Shown: positions 6,497 to 12,801 of the stretch, in pieces | Position numbering within the stretch: position 1 is the stretch's first letter | Layout: each line of letters starts with the position of its first letter | Origin: Candidatus Methylomirabilis oxygeniifera | Lineage (GTDB): Bacteria > Methylomirabilota > Methylomirabilia > Methylomirabilales > Methylomirabilaceae | DNA: 32,000 bases | NCBI GenBank assembly: GCA_000091165.1 | Contig: FP565575.1 | Coordinates: 210,001 to 242,000, forward strand | Direction of reading: 5' to 3' | Translations under genes and position numbers: made by a program | The notes under the pieces: model-generated | Seen by the model: only the letters and a program-made list of their open reading frames with translations | Database searches by the model: none | Told to the model about the DNA's origin: nothing

Positions 6497-6819
6497 AAGG
6501 GCACTCCTTCGAGGGCGATATTGCGTGCCAGTGGCAAGCCTTGGGCGACGCGCCACTCAGCGTCGGTGCGAAGAATGCTGGCGACCAACGCGCCGTAGCG
6601 GTCCATCAGGTCGGCTTCAATCTCAAGGATGATCGAGCGAACATCCGGACTGCGTTGATCCACGATGACCAGTACGTCGTAGTCGGAGTCCTCGCGGGCC
6701 TCACCTCTGGCTCGTGAGCCGAACAGTACGATGTGCCGGATGTGGTTCCCGAGTCGCGCGCGTAATGTCGACGCAAACGTGTGAAGGACAGGGTCAACGT
6801 CCGTATGGGGAGGTGACAT
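6493..6819 (-). CDS. Minimal nucleotidyltransferase (MNT) domain protein, antitoxin partner
   Basis: IVLFGSRARGEAREDSDYDVLVIV is the GS-x10-D-x-D nucleotidyltransferase motif. 108 aa. 4-nt overlap with the HEPN gene. Confidence 0.8.
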   Translation of the reverse strand: MSPPHTDVDPVLHTFASTLRARLGNHIRHIVLFGSRARGEAREDSDYDVLVIVDQRSPDVRSIILEIEADLMDRYGALVASILRTDAEWRVAQGLPLARNIALEGVPL

Positions 6820-7262
6820 GATCGCTCCTCAGTAGGGCTGGCAACCTATGACTATGTATACCACAAGTGCCATGCGGAGGCGATGTGATTTCTGGAGGGC
6901 GGACGCGGGGTCGCGTGGCACGCCGGCATGGAGCAGGGGTGGCTGCCGACCGCTGTGAGGGCGACGTTGCGTTTATCGCGGGTCCGCGTCCGGTTGACGA
7001 GGTGATACTGCCGGTCCACTCCGACATACAGCCGCGGGATGGACAGGCTTTCGAGAGGGAGCCGCCCCCGGTGTATCCACACCCCAAGCTACCGCCTTGG
7101 GTTCATTCCCTGCAGTTCGTCATGCCGGATCGTTACCCCGGCGCACGCCGGGGTCCAGTGTCAGGATCAATGGAAGCTCGAATTGATCGAGAAGACGAAT
7201 CCACAGTGGCGGGACCTATATGCGGAACTCTTGTAAAGCTCTGGCTATTCCCCTACGTCGTG

Positions 7263-7862
7263 TCACTCAGCCGGTGGTTTGAGCCCTTCCAGCCAGATTG
7301 CCGAATCGTTCAGTATGACGACGGTTGTCTTGGTTGCCATCACTGTTATCGGAGAGGCCCAGAGCAGTGTGGAGACCTTTCCGGGCAGCTCGGCAAGGAG
7401 GATCCAGCGGCCATCCGGGACATCCTGGAATGTAAATCCGGCGTCGACATGATTGGTGGTGGCTGATCGAACAAGACTGGGGCCGTGCTGATCCCCCCCC
7501 GCGGCAGCCTGAAGGCGATTCAGGAAGCTGCGTGCTGCGTCAAATCGCTCAGGCGAGAGGGGTTCGCGGCCTCCGTCGAGATACGGGGAGCGGGCCTGAT
7601 TCAGCGCAGATTCCTGCGTGGGGGAAAGCGGCAGGAGGGTCACCGTCCAGCCCGTCAATGGTGTGGGGATTGCAGGCTGGGCGAGGTAGAGGCGACCAAC
7701 AACTGTCCCTGTGTTGCCGGAGACCTGGCGTTCTGCTATGGTGGCAAGATAGGCGGCGTTCGCAGCGGGCCCGGGAGCATGACCGATACCGGCGCAGCCC
7801 GTGAGTGCGACAAGAGACAGCGTTCCCCATATACGTGCCCGATCAAACCTCCTACTGCCCAT
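7263..7862 (-). CDS. Lipoprotein, unknown function
   Basis: Canonical lipobox LSLVALTGC. GGGAGGGG lies 5 nt upstream of ATG 7862. The motif DAGFTFQDVPDGRWILL suggests a carboxypeptidase-regulatory-like beta-sandwich (weak). Confidence 0.7.
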   Translation of the reverse strand: MGSRRFDRARIWGTLSLVALTGCAGIGHAPGPAANAAYLATIAERQVSGNTGTVVGRLYLAQPAIPTPLTGWTVTLLPLSPTQESALNQARSPYLDGGREPLSPERFDAARSFLNRLQAAAGGDQHGPSLVRSATTNHVDAGFTFQDVPDGRWILLAELPGKVSTLLWASPITVMATKTTVVILNDSAIWLEGLKPPAE

Positions 7863-7917
7863 GAATACCCCTCCCTTAAAGCCTTCAGTCTATCTACCTT
7901 GTAGTTACTAATCTGTT

Positions 7918-7947
7918 CAGTATACCCCCGCCAGGGAGCCGCGGTCA
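7918..7947 (-). promoter_or_regulatory. Sigma70-like promoter of the lipoprotein gene
   Basis: On the minus strand: TTGACC (7947-7942), 18-nt spacer, TATACT (7923-7918). Confidence 0.4.
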
Positions 7948-8020
7948 ATCCAAAGATAGGCAGATAGGTAATCAATCAGTGAGAGGGGGGAAAATCATTG
8001 AATCCACTGGGGGTTCATTA

Positions 8021-8094
8021 TAAAATCCCCCTTTTTCAAAGGGGGAAACGGTTAGTCCCCCTCTTTGGAAAAGAGGGGTTAGGGGAGATTTTCC
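8021..8094. repeat. Two adjacent G/C hairpin repeats (subfamily A at 8027-8045, subfamily B at 8057-8078)
   Basis: ccccctttttcaaaggggg and cccctctttggaaaagagggg, followed by ttaggggagattttcc. The subfamily B copy matches 2961-2997 and 3147-3184. Confidence 0.85.
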
Positions 8095-8129
8095 ACCCGT
8101 AACTGAATGGTTACGTAGATAGGTCACAC

Positions 8130-8158
8130 TTGACTTCCCTCTTACGCTTTCGTAGTAT
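8130..8158 (+). promoter_or_regulatory. Possible promoter of the Skp-like / paralog B / methyltransferase operon
   Basis: TTGACT (8130-8135), 17-nt spacer, TAGTAT (8153-8158). Confidence 0.3.
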
Positions 8159-8192
8159 GTTGAGGTCAGTCGTCAGCGCCGGGTACGGGGAC

Positions 8193-8236
8193 ATACCCCC
8201 TTTAATCCCCCTTTGCCAAAGGGGGAGGGGGGGGGA
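8193..8236. repeat. G/C hairpin repeat (subfamily A) followed by a G9 tract
   Basis: ccccctttgccaaaggggg at 8207-8225. Homopolymer G9 at 8227-8235. Confidence 0.8.
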
Positions 8237-8366
8237 GATGGGGAATGACCACATACACCGGATAGACGAAATGTCGAACGGCTTGGGCGAGGGGGTTGGA
8301 ATGTATCTGATCGGTTGCGGTACAACGCGAAAGCGGGGAGCAGGATCCCCGAGTATCCGGGGGAGG

Positions 8367-8936
8367 ATGGCTGCCGTTTTGCTGTTCAGCCTGCTTGTCG
8401 GCCTGCCGGCGATATTGGCGTTCGGGGAGGGGAAGTCCGGGATTGTGGACAGTGCGGAACTGATCAAGTTCTATGAACAACTGATGGCCAGTCCGGCCTT
8501 TGATCCGAAGACGCCGTTAGGGCCGGGGCGGGAGGAACGGGGGCGGGCGGAGGAAGAGCTTGATGCCGCCAAGCGCGCCTATGCCAAAGCCAGGGTGAAA
8601 GGCAATCCGGAGGCCCTGGCCGCCGCTCGAGACGTACTGCGCCAGAAGACAGACGCCTTACAGGTTCTGTACGGCAAGACCACTCAGGACCTCAGAGATG
8701 TTGCGAAGTACCGTTCGCCTGATATTCTGGTCGAATCGCTGCGCAGCCGTATTCAGGAGTATGGCCAGGCGCAAGGGTTTGACATCATTACGAATCAACA
8801 GACCGGCAAACCGATGTTCCTCCGAGAGGGCTTTTCCGGCGCCCCGGACAATCCGGTTGACGTCACGGGGGAAATGATCGAATGGATCAGACAGCAGGAG
8901 GCGGCGAGTCAATCCGGCCGTACAACCAGTCCCTGA
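8367..8936 (+). CDS. OmpH/Skp-like periplasmic chaperone (start 8367, or 8301)
   Basis: Signal peptide MAAVLLFSLLVGLPAILAFG. KSGIVDSAELIKFY resembles the Skp N-terminal K-I-G-V-V-D motif. Long helical, charged middle section. C-terminal GFDIITNQ...VDVTGEMIEWI resembles the Skp tail. Confidence 0.5.
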   Translation: MAAVLLFSLLVGLPAILAFGEGKSGIVDSAELIKFYEQLMASPAFDPKTPLGPGREERGRAEEELDAAKRAYAKARVKGNPEALAAARDVLRQKTDALQVLYGKTTQDLRDVAKYRSPDILVESLRSRIQEYGQAQGFDIITNQQTGKPMFLREGFSGAPDNPVDVTGEMIEWIRQQEAASQSGRTTSP

Positions 8937-9042
8937 TCCTCTCGCGGATGCCGGTCCACCGGCGTTCGTCCTCACCTTGCGTATGATGCAGCACTGTCGG
9001 CTCCCATCACATGTCCGGCCTTACGGCGCGCCTGTCTTCCGG

Positions 9043-9963
9043 ATGGGCAGGCGCAGACGGGCGGCATGGGCCGCGCCTCTTCTCATGATCGTGTGGGTGT
9101 TGTCCGTCTGCCTTCATCAGCCTGCCCAGGCTCTGGCCGCGACGAACAGCGAGCTGATCCCTGGATCGAGGATTGTCTTCCCATACTACGATCTCCGCGA
9201 AGGCATCTCGACTTTTCTGAGCTTGACGAATGTCGGTCTCGGTTCGGCGACCCTTCACCTGGAATTCTACGATGCGAGCTGTCTGCGGCGAGACAGCAGC
9301 CTGGACCTCTCGGCAGGCGATGCCGACCTGCTGGATATCGGTGCCATCCTGCAGCCTCAGGCAGACGGGCTGTTCCGGCAAGGGTTTGTGGACGTGGTGA
9401 CCTTTGCGGGGGATGCCCTGCTCGGAACGGCGATCATCGTGAATGGGCCGGAGGATTGGGGGATCGTCTATCATGGCGCCTCAGCCAGGCGGTTGTCGGG
9501 TGGTCCTCTCCCATTTGAGCCCTACCCATCACGACTGTTTCTGCCGGCCTTCCTTACTCAGGGGAGCGTGGGTGACGGGAGGCTGAGCGATGGGCTGCTG
9601 GTAGTGGCCGCGCCTCACCCGACCCAGCCAGGCGGTGAACTGCCCGATCTGTCATTACAGTCGACAATCCGAGTCTTTCTCGATCAGGAACCGGCGTTTC
9701 AGTTGACGACGATTGGTGAGAAAGCGGAGGAGGGGCTGCCGACGGCGACCTCGACCGGCCATCAGCTTCTTCTTCCCATCGGTCAGGCCGCGGGGACATT
9801 TCCTACGCCGAGGTTCGGCTGGCTCTCGGTGACCAATCAGGCTGTCGATGAGGTCGGCACACCGATCGGCATGGTGGGTCTGTACATCCAGACGATTGCC
9901 GGAGATGGGTCCGGCATGGGCATGGCGATCCGCCTCTGGGCCGATCCGGCATCCGGGCCGTAG
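9043..9963 (+). CDS. Secreted protein, unrecognised family, paralog B (306 aa)
   Basis: Signal peptide MGRRRRAAWAAPLLMIVWVLSVCLHQPAQALA/ATN. Blocks colinear with paralog A: SELIPGSRIVFPYYD / TELVPASRLVAPFLD; LHLEFYDASC / VHLEHYGQSC; LLGTAII in both; PSRLFLPAF / PHRVFVPIY; LLVVAAP / FLVVAGP; GWLSVTN / GWIDIIN; RLWAD / RLWGD. Confidence 0.75.
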   Translation: MGRRRRAAWAAPLLMIVWVLSVCLHQPAQALAATNSELIPGSRIVFPYYDLREGISTFLSLTNVGLGSATLHLEFYDASCLRRDSSLDLSAGDADLLDIGAILQPQADGLFRQGFVDVVTFAGDALLGTAIIVNGPEDWGIVYHGASARRLSGGPLPFEPYPSRLFLPAFLTQGSVGDGRLSDGLLVVAAPHPTQPGGELPDLSLQSTIRVFLDQEPAFQLTTIGEKAEEGLPTATSTGHQLLLPIGQAAGTFPTPRFGWLSVTNQAVDEVGTPIGMVGLYIQTIAGDGSGMGMAIRLWADPASGP

Positions 9964-9986
9964 CGCCTGAGGAGATCCGATACGCC

Positions 9987-11150
9987 ATGGGCAGCCTGAC
10001 CGTCGTGATTCGTCAGGGAGCGGATGGCCGCTTCGCGCAGGTCTGTCGGGACAGCCTGGTCAACTGTACCCCGGAGCTGGAACAGATCATCGAGATGCCG
10101 GACGACACCCGCCCTGGTGGTGTCTGGACCCGGATCAGCACCCCGTTTGTGGCATTTATTGACGAGACCGTTGCGGTGTGTCCGGGGTGGGCCGGACGTA
10201 TGATAGCGAGCCTGATCCGATCGGGGGCGGCGGCGATCGGCCCCCTGACCAATGGCGCCGACGGGGCGCAACACCAGGCAGGCGACTATCAGGACATCTC
10301 CGGGTTTTTGGACTTCGCCGACCGGATCGCTCAAGACCGGGCCGGCCGGACCCAGTCGGTTGAGGCTCTGGATCCCTGTTGTGTTCTCTATTCCCGCGAC
10401 AGGCTTACCGGGATCGGGTTAGATGCTGCGCCCAATGACCTGCCGGCATTTGTGCATGATGCCGGCCTCTGCCTGGCGGTTGCCTTGGACACCTACGTTC
10501 ACTCCTTCGCCTCCTACTATGCCCAGGCCCGTCCGGAGGTGGTTGCCATGATTCCGGCGACTGCGTCCCGCATTCTGGATGTCGGCTGCGGAACAGGGAC
10601 GCTTGGAGGCCGACTGAAGACGGAGCGCCGGATTGAGGTTATCGGTGTCGAGATGGATCCGACAGCGGCGGAGGCGGCCGGCCGTGTGCTGGATCGAGTG
10701 CATCGTGCCGACGTAGAGACGCTGGTATTGCCGTATCCTGCAGGGAGCTTCGACGCGATCATCATGGCGGACATCCTGGAGCACCTGCGTGATCCATGGG
10801 GCCTGCTTGCGAGACTTTCGCCGCTTCTGTCATCCGAGGGCCGCCTGATTGCCAGTCTGCCCAATGTCCGGCACTGGTCGGTGGTGCGGGGGCTCCTGGA
10901 GGGCGAGTGGACCTATCTGCCTGCCGGTATTCTGGATCGCACACATCTACGCTTCTTCACCAGGAGGAGCGGCCAGGCCCTTATCGAGTCGGCCGGGTTA
11001 TGTGTGATCGGGACTGAACCGATCCGGTCGGCCGGGCCGCCGGATCTTGCGGCATTGGTCGAGGCCTGCCGGGGCCTTTTACTCGACGTCTCCACCCTCG
11101 TCGATGAGGCGAGCGTCGCACAGTATCTCTACCTGGCGGCGCCAAGATAG
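9987..11150 (+). CDS. Fusion of a degenerate GT2-like N-terminal domain and a class I SAM-dependent methyltransferase
   Basis: The N-terminus has GT2-like topology (LTVVIRQG...FVAFIDETV) without a clean DxD motif. The C-terminal half has ILDVGCGTGTLG (motif I), DAIIMADILEHLRDP and THLRFFT, typical of Methyltransf_11/23-type enzymes. Confidence 0.7.
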   Translation: MGSLTVVIRQGADGRFAQVCRDSLVNCTPELEQIIEMPDDTRPGGVWTRISTPFVAFIDETVAVCPGWAGRMIASLIRSGAAAIGPLTNGADGAQHQAGDYQDISGFLDFADRIAQDRAGRTQSVEALDPCCVLYSRDRLTGIGLDAAPNDLPAFVHDAGLCLAVALDTYVHSFASYYAQARPEVVAMIPATASRILDVGCGTGTLGGRLKTERRIEVIGVEMDPTAAEAAGRVLDRVHRADVETLVLPYPAGSFDAIIMADILEHLRDPWGLLARLSPLLSSEGRLIASLPNVRHWSVVRGLLEGEWTYLPAGILDRTHLRFFTRRSGQALIESAGLCVIGTEPIRSAGPPDLAALVEACRGLLLDVSTLVDEASVAQYLYLAAPR

Positions 11151-11171
11151 TGAGTCTTGCCTAAGCGATGG

Positions 11172-11514
11172 GGTTCTTCCGGACTGAGCGCGGGTAGAGG
11201 CCGAGTCTTCAGCGCTGGACACGGGGACACCCCCCTTGAAAAAGGGGGCGAGGGTTTTATCTTGATGGAGGACAACATTGTACTTCGGAGGGTCGTGAGA
11301 AGGACCAAGGAGAAACCCCCTTCGATCCCCCTTTGCCAAAGGGGGAGAAAAGGTAGATGTACAAGCGTGGTACCCCCCTTTGGAAAAGGGGGGCAGAGGG
11401 GGGTTTCTTTTTGCCAAAGGGGGAGACAAGGTCAGGGGAGGTGACTTCCGATTCCTCCCTGCCTGTGCGTATCTGTGCGCAGACGGGTTTACCCACGCTT
11501 ATTCCGGAAGAACC
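11172..11514 (+). mobile_element. MITE-like non-autonomous element, copy 2 (343 bp), inverted relative to copy 1
   Basis: TIRs ggttcttccggactgagcgcggg (11172-11194) and cccacgcttattccggaagaacc (11492-11514) match at 20/23. Flanks agcgatgg and agtcatgg match at 6/8. The interior is colinear with the reverse complement of 5699-5987, including a perfect 36-mer (11199-11234 = revcomp of 5925-5960), and has an extra 51 nt. Confidence 0.7.
11261..11311 (+). pseudogene. 51-nt relic of a DUF559 gene inside MITE copy 2
   Basis: cttgatggaggacaacattgtacttcggagggtcgtgagaaggaccaagga aligns with 44-94 of the DUF559 CDS (about 44/51 identical). It is followed directly by module Y, which in the intact copy lies about 115 nt further on. 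Confidence 0.65.
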
Positions 11515-11552
11515 AGTCATGGAAAAGGAACTGCACAACCGTCCGTTCGGCC

Positions 11553-11595
11553 TGAGCTTGTCGAAGGCTGCTCCGCGCATGGTTCGACAGGCTCA
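11553..11595. repeat. Hairpin repeat of the LSLSKG/FDKLR type
   Basis: tgagcttgtcgaa (11553-11565) pairs with ttcgacaggctca (11583-11595) with one mismatch. Pseudo-peptides of this kind (SLSK... / FDKLRPNG) are common repeat translations in environmental genomes. Confidence 0.6.
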
Positions 11596-11634
11596 CCATG
11601 AGCAGAGCAAGGACATTTACGTCGTGCATTACTT

Positions 11635-12801
11635 ATGCAAACCTCAAGAGTGATCGACGTCGATCCGGTTGATCTGTCCGTCCTGATCGTCAACTATAAT
11701 GTGGGCCGATTCGTCCTGGATGCGATAGGTTCGGTCGCGGCACAGCGGTTTGTTGGGCCTGAAGGGCGTCCCGGTCGTCTTGAGATGCTGGTCATCGATA
11801 ATGCGTCACATCCCGCCGATGCAGCCATACTGGATCGCCTGCCCGCCTCCGTCACCGTCATAAAGAACTCAACGAATCTTGGATTCGCGGCTGCCAACAA
11901 TCAGGGGATTGTACGGGCGCAGGGCCGATACCTCTGTTTCTTGAATCCCGATACGAGGCTTCGAGAGGGATCGCTCCAGGCGATGCTTCAGTATCTGTAT
12001 GAGCACCCCGGGGTTGGAATGGTAGGGCCCATGATCTGGGCCGACGATGAGGGGGTGCTGCGTCTGCCGCCCGGTGATCCGCCCTCTCTGTTGTTTCTGT
12101 TGAGCCGGGCTATGGGCGGGGTCTCTCCGAGGTTCAGTCTGTGGCGGCAAAGGCGGTGGCTCCGATCTGCTGTTCGGTTCTGGCGGGCTGAGGCTCCGAT
12201 GGACACTACCATGCTCTCCGGCGCCTGCCTGATGGCATCGCGGCATGTTATCGAGCATGTCGGCCGGTTCGATTCCGGCTTCTTCCTGTACTATGAGGAC
12301 TCCGATCTGTGTCGTCGCATTCGTGGGCAAGGTTATCGCCTGGTGGTCGTGCCTGCCGCTCAGGTCGTCCATTATTATAATCAGAGCGCAAAGACGGACC
12401 CGGCAGGAGCCTGGTGTCACGCCATGGCCTCCGAGCTTCGCTTTGTCAGGATCCATTACGGTCGCACCGGTGCCCTGATATACCGGATCGCTCAAGACAT
12501 AGGTAGGCGTTCAGGACGGGGTCGACAGCCGGTGAACAGGCCGGACGTGATAGATCTCGGCGCGCTGGAGCGGCCACCCCGATTGAGCGTCCCAGGCGCT
12601 GTCGTGCCCGAGAGGGAGCTGCTATGGCAGGTTGGTCCGGATTCCGGATTTGCGCCCTCGGCCGGAGCCCTGCGTGTCGGGAACGGATTCGACTTTAACC
12701 GGATTGTGTGGGAACGTCTGATGCCCGGACGTTATTTCGCCAGGGCCGTCGATCCAAAGACCCTTCGGCCGATGGCATACTGGTCGTGGGTAAAGCGGTA
12801 G
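11635..12801 (+). CDS. Family 2 glycosyltransferase (rhamnosyltransferase-like)
   Basis: LSVLIVNYN...LVIDNAS...NLGFAAANNQG...FLNPDT...GACLMASRHV...FFLYYEDSDLCRR is the classic GT2 (WbbL-like) motif order. Confidence 0.85.
   Translation: MQTSRVIDVDPVDLSVLIVNYNVGRFVLDAIGSVAAQRFVGPEGRPGRLEMLVIDNASHPADAAILDRLPASVTVIKNSTNLGFAAANNQGIVRAQGRYLCFLNPDTRLREGSLQAMLQYLYEHPGVGMVGPMIWADDEGVLRLPPGDPPSLLFLLSRAMGGVSPRFSLWRQRRWLRSAVRFWRAEAPMDTTMLSGACLMASRHVIEHVGRFDSGFFLYYEDSDLCRRIRGQGYRLVVVPAAQVVHYYNQSAKTDPAGAWCHAMASELRFVRIHYGRTGALIYRIAQDIGRRSGRGRQPVNRPDVIDLGALERPPRLSVPGAVVPERELLWQVGPDSGFAPSAGALRVGNGFDFNRIVWERLMPGRYFARAVDPKTLRPMAYWSWVKR

Noticed and set aside
6497-6556. Upstream extension of the HEPN ORF (MARRPRLATGTQYRPRRSAL)
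   Set aside because: It lies inside the MNT coding region. The GTGA overlap start at 6496 gives the standard coupled arrangement and a normal HEPN length.
6852-7082. Possible N-terminal remnant of an IS200/RAYT-type Y1 transposase (…GVDRQYHLVNRTRTRDKRNV… resembling G-x2-YHV-x2-RG)
   Set aside because: Only about 10 residues resemble the motif. The ORF is 76 aa with no HUH or catalytic Tyr region. This is too weak to call without a database search.
6867-7466. 199-aa ORF on the plus strand
   Set aside because: Its 3' third is antisense to the lipobox-containing gene at 7263-7862. Its 5' part runs through repeat relics (7085-7153). It has no SD, signal or domain.
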